A stretch of DNA of 64,000 bases from Schmidtea polychroa (Eukaryota). Under the pieces are notes generated by a model, which worked only from the letters and a program-made list of their open reading frames with translations, was not told the origin of the DNA and made no database searches. The translations under genes and the position numbers were made by a program. Of this stretch, positions 13,580 through 24,925 are shown piece by piece (position 1 is the first letter of the stretch; every line of letters starts with the position of its first letter). The stretch lies in contig CM097886.1 in NCBI GenBank assembly GCA_044892525.1, positions 65,782,001 to 65,846,000 on the forward strand, read 5' to 3'.

Positions 13580-13722
13580 CTGGGATCCAAAAGGCCACAG
13601 CTTGAGGGGCATCACTTGTTCCTCTGGCCAGTAGGTCGGATGGTATTTCAGCATCATCGCGGATTTGATCGGGTCGATGAGTGGAGGCTTCTCCACCGAC
13701 CTGTCGCCACTAAGAGAGGTTA
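13580..13722 (+). ncRNA. LTR structured RNA motif 2, copy B
   Basis: CGGGUCG-AUGA-GUGGAG-GCUU-CUCCAC-CGACCUG stem-loop plus GGCC-ACAGCUU-GAGGGGC...GUUCCUC-U-GGCC domain; covaries with 42127-42270. Confidence 0.55.
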
Positions 13723-14543
13723 GTAGAGGATTTGAAACAATAAAATGGTAGAAATAATGAACTCGTAGATGTTGAAATGAATCACAATGACTAAAGGATC
13801 CCGAATTCATTTGTACTCGTTATCGTTGGAGCCTCCATTTCATTCTGCTTGACCCAGAAAAGTTCATGAATCCAGTATTCCATCGATCAGCTCGTTTTTC
13901 GTACGTTTGAATCTCCTCCGACTTATGAACACACCAAAATCGAACGAGATAATGACATGCATAACAATTTGAGTGAAATAAGCGAATTATCTGCACATAC
14001 AGAACTTTAACGAGATAATGATATGTCCAACGTTTTTCTGCGTAGTAAGTAAACCAGTTACAGTATTTGCCCGAACCAGAACGAATATCTTACCACTTAG
14101 CCATAGTCCGATGCCACCTGTCGAAGTAGAATTTCCAGTAATCCGTAGTTATCAATATTAACACCAAGTCAGATCATGTAGAAGCATACTCTTTGATTTT
14201 AGACATTATGAGACGGTAATCTGTGTGAAATATCATATGAGAAAGTCTGATCCAAGATATTTTAGGCTATTATCACAACAATCTCACCGATGAAGACCCG
14301 AACATTTGTGAACTAGCTAGTAAATACTAACTAGATTGATTTAATCGGAAGATTGATTTAATTGACCTATCACGGAAGAAGACATTGTTTTCCCATAGCA
14401 CCATCAACCACAAGAAGCCAAGCAAACAACCGGAAGATCCTGCCAAAGCTGTGTGGACACGCTTTTATTACGGTCCACTTCAGATATATGGATGACGGGG
14501 GTCAGTCAGGTGACTTCGAAATCTATTCCGCCTTTAACCAAAG

Positions 14544-15113
14544 TCATGATTTTTCTGTGACCTTCAGCGAATCTACTCTAAAACTTTCTTCCTTCTGCGC
14601 GAGGACCAGATCACCGATTCTGCTAAAATCCGCTTCTAATCGTTTCAGATCTGCCTCAATTTCCTTCGCTTCTTTCTCTCGTCCTAACTTCAGAGCATTA
14701 TTCTTCAGCTCCTCAAATTCGTTCATTACTTCCTCATACTTGTCTTCGTATGCCTCCATTCTCCTTTGTTCTTCCCCAGGGTCTGATCCATCTCCTAAAG
14801 CCCGGTTACGTAGACGCCCTAACGAAATCTTCCACCCTGTTCGTCTTTTGTAACCTGCCTCGAACTCAGCATCTGATACTGGACTTCCCCCTGCCAGACC
14901 CAAGACCAGATGTAACGTGGCTTCTTTCCTAACATTATAATCTAATAAAGTTAAGCCATCTTTTAATATTTTCCCCGCAAAATTAAGTTTTTGTCGACCT
15001 GGGGGTATCCCTTCTTTTTTATAAATCTTCGCTTTCACTTTTTCAATAGTATCGCTCGATTCAACTTCAATCGTGACAGTCTTCCCTGTCAACGTCCTTA
15101 CAAATATTTGCGC
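14544..15113 (-). CDS. Divergent ubiquitin-like domain fused to an acidic coiled-coil tail (start codon unresolved; may be a pseudogene)
   Basis: 15113-14886 encodes [30 protein letters not shown]...[10 protein letters not shown], 55/76 identical to ubiquitin by hand count. The frame continues ~113 aa ([26 protein letters not shown]...) to a stop at 14544. Confidence 0.7.
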   Translation of the reverse strand, partial: AQIFVRTLTGKTVTIEVESSDTIEKVKAKIYKKEGIPPGRQKLNFAGKILKDGLTLLDYNVRKEATLHLVLGLAGGSPVSDAEFEAGYKRRTGWKISLGRLRNRALGDGSDPGEEQRRMEAYEDKYEEVMNEFEELKNNALKLGREKEAKEIEADLKRLEADFSRIGDLVLAQKEESFRVDSLKVTEKS

Positions 15114-16189
15114 CAATTTATTTTTAATAGGTTTAGGGAGGGCAGGCCCTAGGGGAAATGTTTCCTTAACCCATAAAAAATTGCATCCAAATAGAAAATT
15201 AACCCATTCAAAATTTAAAATTTCACAGAAATCGATATGAGTTAACATTACATTCTTTAACATTATGAAAAAATACAAAAGGTACATATAACAATTGTCA
15301 ATTACCTTGTTCCGGCTGGCTTGCCGGAACCACGCTCTGCTACCATGAATGAAATCAAGACACAGAATATAATTTTTATTGTCATATGATAATAAGACAA
15401 TTTTGTAAATTTAACAGTTCATGATGTTATGACTTTAATAATTTCGCCATCAGAATAGAATGGATATAATAATGGTTGCTAATAATAGGAAACTGAGATT
15501 GTAGATGGTTATAATTTGGGAATTACAATTATCGGTTTCATGAATTATTCCATTACTCTTTCGTAAATTACAGGTCAAAATTGCGATGATCATCAGTATA
15601 GGTAGATTATAAGCATGAGTAGCCATGGAAATCGTGAGGTCTTGTTTAGATTGTCTAAAATTGTAACTTTAATTTTATAACTGATATCTAGGTGGTGAAA
15701 TAGTGAGAGTTAAGGATATATATGTTGAGGTCCGTAAATTAAAATAAATTTAAATGAAATTTAGGTTGAAAATTTAAAAAAAAAGTAAGTGAAGAAAAAA
15801 GACAAATAAAAGATGGGTCATGTACAGAATTGATAGTAAAGGAAAGTACGATGGAAGCAGTATTAGTAAATGGCAAAAGCAGTAACGAAAGGCAAGAATC
15901 CGGAAATCCGAGAAAAATCAATAAATTGTAAAATCATCGAAATCGAATTGGGAAAAATGGACAAGTATAGATTAGTTAATGGTCAATAAGATGATGATTA
16001 GGGATTTATCAGAAAATGGTTAGGAAGGGTCGAAAAGCTTTCAAATGTGTAAAAACAGAAAACATTAATTAATTAATTAATTGGCTAATAGAAAACCCGA
16101 GCTAGTGGGAAACCCGAGCCAATGGAGAACCCGAGATATGAAGGAAACCCGAGCTGGGTAAACAAGAAGAAAGGTAAACAGAAGGAAGA

Positions 16190-16565
16190 GTTATAGGGGG
16201 TGATTTGAAAAATTTGAATTTATAATTTTTTGTAAGTAGTATATATAGGTAATATTAATATAAAACATCTATACCTAGGTGGTTCATGAAATCTAATTTA
16301 TAAATTTTATAAGTAGTATATACAAGTAATATTAATATACATATCTATACATAGGATGTTATAGGGGGTGATTTGTAAAATTATAATTTATAAATTCTAT
16401 AAGTAGTGTATATGAATAATATTAATATGAATATCTATATATAGGATGTTACAGGGGGGTAATTTGTAAAATTATAATTTATAAATTTTACAAGTAGTAT
16501 ATATGAATAATATTAGTATATGCAAAGAGAACATAAGGGGTGATCCATAAAATTTTTATTCGTAA

Positions 16566-16649
<84 letters not shown>

Positions 16650-16800
16650 TGGGTAATATTAATACAAATATATGTCATGGGGTGATTTATAAAATCTTAC
16701 TTATAAATTTGTATTCATAGATAATATATACAGATAATGTTAATATGAGAGTATAAATATGGGATTTTGTCGAGAGATTTATAAAAATCAATTTGTGAAT
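16190..16800. repeat. Degenerate ~90-bp tandem repeat containing a (TA)n tract at ~16569-16647
   Basis: GGGGTGATTT.TAAAATT.TAATTTATAAA unit recurs; a related inverted copy lies around 21900-22150. Confidence 0.6.
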
Positions 16801-17456
16801 TCAACACCGATTTTCAAACATAAGGACAATATACATATTATAAGTTATAGCTAAGTTATATGGAGCACAAATTTTGATGAATATTTATATGATAAAATTA
16901 TTAAATTTTATAAGTATGATGAATGAATTTTAGCATTATAAAATATTCCAACTTGATAAATACAATTTAAGGAAATTAGAGGTAACCATAATATAATATT
17001 TATAGGTTCTAAACTTATGAGTATGGTAATACAATTATATATAATTATAAGTAAGGTTTAAGGATAAAGTCAAATATGCAACATTTTACCGAATTTATAA
17101 TTTATAAAAAAGTTTACTATATACATTTTTAATATGGGTTTGAATAATTTTATAACTAGCAGGTTAGCTTTACTTGACTAAATGAACGGTGGATCCTGGA
17201 TTGCGCATATGCATTTCGAAATGTTCCAAACCATAGTTGTTCTCCTTTTACGCGATTTTTCGCTTATGAAATTCAGTACTTTTCTTGTGGTACTTCATTT
17301 ATTATTTTCGAATATTGAAATTATCATTGTAGTAACTGTTGATTCGTTCCATCTTCTCTTAACTTCAAATCTTCATTTCGGAATGCATAGGCGCAATGGG
17401 AATTCCGTACATAAATTGATATATTTTGCAATTTAGACCTAGCCGACTACAATTTC

Positions 17457-18691
17457 TGTTCAATATTGTGATTAATTTGAGTCTAGAGCTTTACTCCGTT
17501 TATTGTATCCTAGGGTCATGTATTAGTGTTGACTTTTTGTGTATACATTATATGTATGTTATGCATGTAAAAAAAGGTCGATTTAAAGAAAGTTGCTTGC
17601 TTTCGTGGCCACACTGTGCTCACTACAACAAGCACTAATATGTGTGTGAATCGGTATTGTACTACCGCAATATAGTAACGATAACGAGTTCTACGAACTC
17701 CGCCGTACCAGAGGTAATTTATCAACGAACCCAGTGGCATATACCCCTTAGTCAGTACGACTTCCGAGGACCCCGCAACATATAATACGTGCTAGGCAGC
17801 GGCCTGCATAAGTCAAGGTTGTGTGCACAGTGACGTTGAATTTAATAAATTAGATGCAAGATGGGTCAAAATCGAAAAATACTCAATTCAGTTTTGACTT
17901 CTCTTACATACTAGACAGAAGCAAAATTAATATAAAAAATTAAAATTTGTCTTTAAAATTCATATTATTAGGCATGATATAACAAAAATAAAATTCTCAC
18001 TGTTTCTTTCCAAATCAGTTTAGTAAAATAGTGACAAAGAATTTTTTTGGTATAAAGAGTGTTTTTGTGACTAAAATGCGTTGGTATATATGCCTATTTT
18101 TGTGTGTGCAAGTACACGTGTATGTTTTGATGCATTAAAACAAACTCGGATTTTTTTTATTCTAGAATTTTCTATTTTCTATTTTTGATGATTTTAATGG
18201 CAATTTCAGTGCCATAATTTTTATTTTTATTTTCTAATTATTTTTGTTAAAGTTACCTCCATTATGGATTTGTGCAATTCCAGAACATTCCATATTAAAT
18301 TAAAGTTAATTTTTATTTTAATAATGTTTTTTCTAAATTCTTTTTTTCAAATTTTTATTTCTAAAATTAATTAATTTATTTTTATTAAATTTTGTTGATT
18401 TACTTAGCTTTTATGATGGATGTCGCCATTTTTATGAACTGTTCTGGAATTTCATCTAGAATTTAATATTTTTCTATCTTTCGATGTCATTTGAGTCTGT
18501 TTTTTGTACTTTTATGTTTCTCTGTTATATTTGAGTTAATTTCTTGCAATACTTCTTGCATTTGGAGATTTTATTTAATTTCAGTGTTTTTGTTTTCTGT
18601 TGTGTTTCTCTTAATACATATTGTTTATTTTGTGTTTTGATTTTTATATTTAGCTAAACTTATTGCTAGGTATGCGTGCTATGTACCAACA
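17457..18691 (-). mobile_element. 5' LTR of a further minus-strand LTR element with a degenerate tRNA-Ser-like PBS
   Basis: Minus strand starts TGTTGGTACATAGC, then A-rich U3, a TATA-like CATATATACC, a GC-richer hairpin-rich U5, and end TGAACA. TTGTAGTCGGCTAGG at 17452-17438 resembles the tRNA-Ser PBS TGGCGTAGTCGGCAGG. Confidence 0.55.
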
Positions 18692-19069
18692 AATTTCAGT
18701 CACAAAATAAAGTTTTGGGTCTAGAAATGAGTTCTAGCTTAACATTTGTGTACAGAACCCTACCGAGACTTTGCATTATTTTTTATTTTAGTCGACCAGT
18801 GAAGGTGCTGCTAATTCAACATCTACACTTCTATATCAAAATTTTTGAATTATCACTTGTCTATTTTTAGACATTGATTGTAAAAATACATGAACTTTTT
18901 GCCCTGAGTTTTACTGCTTCCTTGTGTGTAAACTGCTTCTTTTTCTCAGCGATTATTCTCTGTTTGGGTCTCTCCCCTGGTTATCTTACCGGGTTATTTT
19001 CATATTTATTGTCTAACACGTGATATATTTTTAGTTTTTAAGAATGCAATTCTATTAATAAGTGAGCAG

Positions 19070-19210
19070 TTGTTATGACATATGTGGATGACATTTATTC
19101 TATCATCGAAACTTTGTTAATTAATAAATGCATTATTTAAACAGGTTTTATTCATTAACGTGCCATTAAATACAACAATGACTCGTTGATATGTCTTCAG
19201 GTAGATTCTT
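19070..19210 (+). mobile_element. Penelope-like RT remnant
   Basis: TYVDDIYSII motif followed by disrupted sequence. Confidence 0.4.
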
Positions 19211-19239
19211 TCAATGGTTTTTAACATTTTTACAGTTAT

Positions 19240-19560
19240 TGTTGGGGTTAGTACGAAAACCAAAGAAATATATACATAAAAGAAAGGTATAACAAATATT
19301 GTTAAAATCAATAAAATGTTCCAAACAACAAAAGCACAAAATTAATTAAAATTTACTAAAAATCGAAAATCAATACAGAACGGGGGAAACGGGTATGGTT
19401 GAAAAATTCAGAAATTATAATGAAAATTTAATAAGGGATTCACCGGGAAAGTTATAACGAAAAAACAAATTAATTAAAGTTAATTAATCCGTAATGGAAG
19501 TCTGAGCCCACCGGAAAACCGAACGCTAAAAGAAACACGAAACCCGGGAGATCCCCCTGT
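19240..19560 (+). mobile_element. LTR 5' fragment
   Basis: TGTTGGGGTTAG start, A-rich U3-like tract, and AAACCCG-type repeats similar to 16090-16170. Confidence 0.4.
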
Positions 19561-19639
19561 CTATTAAGCTGACTCAACTCGGTTTGGTTATCACTAAGCT
19601 TAGAATCGTTTCCAATAACTTTAAATTTATCAAGCTTCT

Positions 19640-19910
19640 TTTTTTGACAAACTGGCAATTCTGTTGACTTGGGTTATCTTTTATCCTTTTTGATGTTCGC
19701 CTTTATTGTCCGTGCCATTTTTTCTCCCCGCTGATTTTATCCGCGCTGTTTTTGCCACATTTTTATTGGGGTAAACCATCCGAAACCCTCGACTTTCCTT
19801 CTTTGATCTGTTAATGCCCTGTTTGGCATTGCGTACAAATCAGGTCTTCTAGTCTCGACATATATCTGCTTTTTGAATGTTCTTTTCCTTAAAGTTTTGA
19901 AAACAGGGTA
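19640..19910 (-). mobile_element. Tc1/mariner N-terminal HTH remnant
   Basis: Stop-interrupted NIQKADICRD*KT*FVRNAKQGINRSKKE...RG*...RTIKANIKKDKR*PK resembles a mariner DNA-binding region. Confidence 0.3.
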
Positions 19911-20434
19911 AAACTGCTACAATCACATAAAAAATGTCTCACAAAATATTTGTGAATGAAAACATTTTAGAAGAACTTTTGTAAAATCTGTATTTAAATA
20001 AAAATTAAATAAATCATACTGTCTTTGAAAATTAATCATGAATGTCCTGAAAATTCATAAAGAAGTTTAATTTTTAAAAAAATATTATTAACATTAAAAA
20101 GTTTAAAAAATATTTAAAATTCTTTTTTAAAAATGTAAATATAATGAAAAATATAACTTTTAATTTGTCCATGTCTCACATAATTTATGCATTTTGGTGC
20201 AATACATAATAATAAATGCATTTCTAAAGTTCTATATTATAGGCCTTGTTGTCAAAGGACTTTAATTATTGTCATTTTTGTTAGTGACACACATAAATTT
20301 ATTATTGGTTAGTTTTTTTATATTATTATGGTTCTTATTTTTTCTCATTAAGAACCTTACTTATAGCGTTTTGTGTATAAGATTGTATTGATTATTTAAT
20401 ATTTATATTTTAACATTCATATTATTGAATCTTT

Positions 20435-21481
20435 ATGAAAAGTTTTCACATAAATTGTATAATATTTAGCTTTCTAAATCAGTTGGAATATTCTACATGT
20501 TCTACAATATCTGTCAGTTATTCTCCCAGCAATTACGTAACAACAAAGTCTAAAATGATTATTTCTCTTACAAATTCAGTTTTATGGACTTATGAAGACA
20601 GAATAACAATCAATTTAGATTCATCAGTCTTATTTATTTTTATTCCAAATGGAAATAAAACAGTATTTTCACACTTTAAGGTGAAGAATTATATTTTAAT
20701 TGCTAAAATGTTATCAGTTGAAGTCACCTTTAATAGAATTAATGACGGTGAAAAGTATCTTAATGTCTTCTTCACTACTAAAAATACCGCCATGGAAACT
20801 TTATTGAAAGTGTTTATTCTTACCGACTTTTCTCCGCTTCCCTTTCTGTATTGGAAAAATGACGAGAAAGATGCCATTGATTCCGGGAATAAAAAGCTGA
20901 ATGATATTATATGGGTGATTTGTATGCAAATTTACGGACAAATGGAAACGAAAATAAACTTATTATTACCCGAAAAAACGTATATGATGAACTCTTATGT
21001 AAGAGAAGAGTATGAGCAAAGAATAAAAATAAAACTAACAAATGAAATCTACGGTGATAAAGTAAGTTGCGTGATAAACGATGAAAGCATCACGTCTTAT
21101 GAGATTCTTAGATTTAAGCGTACTGATCAAACAGAAAAAGAACAAAGTGCTTTGACCTATGTTCTTATTATCGCTATGCTCGTAGTAATTTTACCTATAG
21201 GGATTTATTTGTTAATGATTAAACAAAAACAAATGTTCACTGAAAGAAGCGTCAAAAAACTTACAGATGCAGTCAAGCGCCAAATGTGCTTATTGAAATA
21301 TGAAAATGAATCTGTTACGAATCGTAATATTTATCAGGAAGCTGGTGTTTCTCATACTTCAAGATTTAACTCAAAAATGAGCATGTTGAGACATGATACT
21401 TATGGAACTTCAAATGCAGAACATCAATTGAAAAGAATAGAGCAACTTCATGAATTAAGCAAATTTGAATATGCAAATTAA
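20435..21481 (+). CDS. Orphan single-pass (type I-like) membrane protein, 348 aa, intronless
   Basis: Long ORF in AT-rich DNA; weakly hydrophobic N-terminus; TM segment ALTYVLIIAMLVVILPIGIYLLMI followed by KQKQ; ~85-aa cytoplasmic tail. No family recognised. Confidence 0.6.
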   Translation: MKSFHINCIIFSFLNQLEYSTCSTISVSYSPSNYVTTKSKMIISLTNSVLWTYEDRITINLDSSVLFIFIPNGNKTVFSHFKVKNYILIAKMLSVEVTFNRINDGEKYLNVFFTTKNTAMETLLKVFILTDFSPLPFLYWKNDEKDAIDSGNKKLNDIIWVICMQIYGQMETKINLLLPEKTYMMNSYVREEYEQRIKIKLTNEIYGDKVSCVINDESITSYEILRFKRTDQTEKEQSALTYVLIIAMLVVILPIGIYLLMIKQKQMFTERSVKKLTDAVKRQMCLLKYENESVTNRNIYQEAGVSHTSRFNSKMSMLRHDTYGTSNAEHQLKRIEQLHELSKFEYAN

Positions 21482-21600
21482 TTTTTATTATTACCTTTTT
21501 CTGTGTTCTTTATTAGTTATAATTATAATTGATTAATAGTTTTTTATCATTTATTTTTATTTTCACCTTTGATTTTTTTATTTACTAGTTCTCACCTTAG

Positions 21601-21650
21601 ACCATCTGTATACCCATGGTGATAGCCATGTTAGTGCTGTATACAATGGT
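21601..21650 (-). ncRNA. Isolated domain 2 of structured RNA motif 1
   Basis: Reverse complement ACCAT-TGTATAC-AGCACTAA-CATGG-CTATCA-CCATG-G-GTATACA-G-ATGGT, with a compensatory G-C to A-U change relative to the LTR copies. Confidence 0.55.
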
Positions 21651-21809
21651 TCGTGTTAACTAATTCTTTTCAATTATATGCCTTCATAAAAATCAAATGA
21701 ACACCAAGATTTTCGCACCAAAAGAGCACGTAGAATTGTCATATATATATATGGTCGAAAACGACATCAATATTAATAATTTAAATTATATACATATATA
21801 GGTATGTGT

Positions 21810-21830
21810 ACGTGTGTGTATGTATGTATG

Positions 21831-21886
<56 letters not shown>
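21810..21886. repeat. (TG)n/(TATG)n/(TA)n microsatellite
   Basis: Directly visible. Confidence 0.9.
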
Positions 21887-21890
<4 letters not shown>

Positions 21891-24025
21891 AACCTTATAA
21901 AAATCACTTATAATTTTCATGAAGACCCCCTTACGATATAGCATAGCAAAATAACGTAACATGACTAATTCAAATCATATGTATAAATCTTTAACTTAAA
22001 AAATATAATTTGTAATTTCCCGAAATACCCCCCCCCCTCTTCAAATTATATACTTGCCAAAATACATGTAATAACACCAATTCAAGTTGTAGATTTAAAT
22101 ATGCATCTTATAGAAACCTAATTTATAATTTTCATAAATATCCCAGTTGTGAGAGAACTTCGACCGTAACTTCCACGGGCAAATCCATGATTGTCGCCCA
22201 CCATTCGAATTTACGGAACCAGTAAACTCATGGCCTTGCTAACACTTAAAATATCCTCGTAATGATAGCATGTAATTAGTTTATTAGTGAGAATCAAAAG
22301 ATAAACCATTTATTTTTTAATTAAAAAAAACATATTACCAGCCTCTGTATGCAATGGTAGAATGATTGTTAAACCCAACTAAATGATACAGAATAGAATA
22401 ACGAGATTGAATTAGAGCGACGGTAGCCAACTGAATAGGTCCAAACTTAAATATTGTCCGTCGAATAATTCTCTCGAATAGTTCTGAAATTTTTAAAACA
22501 AAGCCGGATTCGATAGTGCTAGATTACTATCCCCAACACCAAAGCAAGAAATTGGGGAAATCCGACTGAAGAATTACAACCACCAAGGGTCATGGAGTAC
22601 GGCCAAACATACGACCGAGATTTAATGTAACCCTTAAGATCATAAAATATCTAATTACCTCACTGAGTAATTATAATCCAAGATCGACCATTATGTTGCG
22701 AGTTAATATAAAGAACCTAAAGAGAAAATTAACCGAGGCCAGCTGAGGAATATTCCGGTAGAATCAGACTTGCCAGACGGGTAAGGCGAGAATCCATGTC
22801 GGATTACAACGACTTACCTATGACTGTAAGCCTGATTTACTCGGCTATAGGTAATCTAATAAATTTAATAAATCTAAATATAATAAATCTAATATGTAAC
22901 ATAAATAAATTTGAAACAATTATATTTATTTGTAATCCTGTTGCCATATATAAACACAGGTTAATATTTAATGAATTACCATAATTAATAAATGATTTTT
23001 TTTGGGTTTAATGAAATTCCGAATCTAAACAAGGTAAAAAAATTGAGAATATTTAAATAGAATACCTTTTTTTGTGGAGCATAGATTAAATTAGGAACCA
23101 TCGTTATCATCAGTTTTTAACTTGTATTTTATGTCATAGACAATTAGGTTTTCGTACGGGGACGCGTAGGAAGGTACATAAGTGTATAGTGATTATATAA
23201 GGGTATCAATAAAATTGTTTAATTTCGCGGGTTTGTTTGATGTTAGTCTGATGAGATGGTGAGAGAGTTTCTAGAATTTCGGAAAACAATTAAATTAAGG
23301 GACCAGAGCAAATCGGACACATATCTTCTATCGATAGTCCGTGAACTCAAGGAGTGCCCGATAATTATAATGCAAGTAGTGCGCTCACTTTTTGCGAGCA
23401 CTCACTCTCTTGATACAGTTCCAACGTTGATCACGCAACGGGTATCAAGCGGAGAAGCAAATGTTATTTGTATTCTGGGTTACGCTGGTGTTGGGCTGAA
23501 GCCGAGAACTGAGAGTTTGTTTTAATCGATCGAAAATACCTAACACAAAAACCGCAAAGTTGAAAAATTTATGACCAAGGTTTAATTTAAAATAAATGAA
23601 ATAAATTACATCACACATTAAGAACCAATAAACCCCGTATAATAGAATAAGAGATAAATAAATTTAACAAAAAATTCAACACTTAAAAATTTAAATAGAA
23701 AAATAATAAAATATAAAATAGAATTAGTTGAAAATTATTTAAACAATATAAAAATTAAATCGTCAAAAATAATAAAATTAGTTAGCATTATATAAATTGT
23801 AAAGTTTATAGAATTAAATGGTTATTTAACTTATTAAATTTAAAGAATAAAAATGTTTAAATTAATAAAAATTAATATAACTCCAATTATTTAAATTATA
23901 AAATTTATAAAATTAAAATTAATAAAAATTAAATAAGAAATTAATTAAATTTATTGAATTAAAACAAATAAACAATTGCACACACTCATGCAGGTATGCA
24001 AGACTAATTAAAAATTTCTCGCACT

Positions 24026-24077
24026 CTGATTGGATAGAGTGGCAGCAAATGCATGAAAAATCAGTATAAATACTGAT
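24026..24077 (+). promoter_or_regulatory. LTR promoter: inverted CCAAT (CTGATTGG) plus TATA inside a dyad ATCAGTAT-AA-ATACTGAT
   Basis: Similar ATTGG + TATA arrangement in LTRs at ~9604-9662, ~12636-12671, ~41756-41790 and ~31903-31954. Confidence 0.65.
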
Positions 24078-24779
24078 CACAAATTCATTTAAAACTACTT
24101 TTTCTCTAACATCAAAATTTAGTTGTAGACAGTGAAGCTCTCAGTTTTCGATTTTATGCCCATGTGGATTTGGTAATTTATTTTTTATTGTTGTAGTAAT
24201 TTTATGAGAAGATTAAATTTAATATGCAATAAAATTTTTAGTTAAATTTTCTTTTGTTATTTTCTTTTAATTGTTTAATTTCATTTAGTTGCAGATATTA
24301 AATAATAATTTTTATTGTGTTCAATTTTTATACTAACTGATTACGAACGTTAGTACCGCTGAATTGAGATTCAGCATATCATGGTTTGAGGTACCTTCGG
24401 GATGCTCAGACTGGTGGATATGCTGGTTTTCCAATCGCGCAGCTGGATTGGGCCGGAATGTGGGGGCTTCCTCACGGGTCCTATCGCTGGAAGTACTGTG
24501 GTCAAATGTAGGTTAGGACTGAGAATACAGGCAGATCCCTGCTCAAATTTTTTGAAGTATAACTTAAATATCATGGGAAGCGTGGATTAACTTGAAAATA
24601 AGGGCCAATCCCTGCTCAAATTTTTCAAAGGATAATTTAGATATTGTAGGAAGTGTAGAACAATAATTATTAGCTGGAAAATAAGGGCGGATCCCTGCAC
24701 AAAATTTTATAAGAGAACAATTAGAAATACCCGTAATTGAGGACCAACAACGATTCAAAAATAGCATACACAGTGAATA

Positions 24780-24925
24780 ATGACGTAAGACCTTCTATCG
24801 GCAGTCTACAACCCGAAAAGAAAATACAATGGGGAGTAGTTTTAGCAATAGAGCTCACCTGCTCATTGTTTTTTCGCCTTTGTGTACAGTACCAACATGG
24901 TCGTCGCCATGGGTACACAAATGGT
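24780..24925 (+). ncRNA. LTR U5 structured RNA motif 1, copy E (duplicate at 32657-32802)
   Basis: See findings: conserved ATGAC|GTAAG, GAGCTC palindromic loop, TGTGTAC/GTACACA and CATGG/CCATG stems. Confidence 0.6.

Larger units (their letters stand above)
12285..13800 (+). mobile_element. LTR-like element, family 2 copy B (3' boundary unresolved)
   Basis: Starts TGTTGGGTTAGG; A-rich U3; CTGATTGG at ~12636 and TATAAAA at ~12665; shares a GC-rich motif and flanks with 41449-42400. Confidence 0.6.

Noticed and set aside
13593-13630. GGCCACAGC identical to the start of the CPEB3 HDV-like ribozyme
   Set aside because: No P3/L3 (YCC) loop, P1.1 or J4/2 arrangement could be built in both copies.
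23247-23290. CTGATGAG followed later by GAAA (hammerhead core)
   Set aside because: Stems II and III and an NUH site could not be formed; the same applies to the CTGATGA hits near 33093 and 47575.
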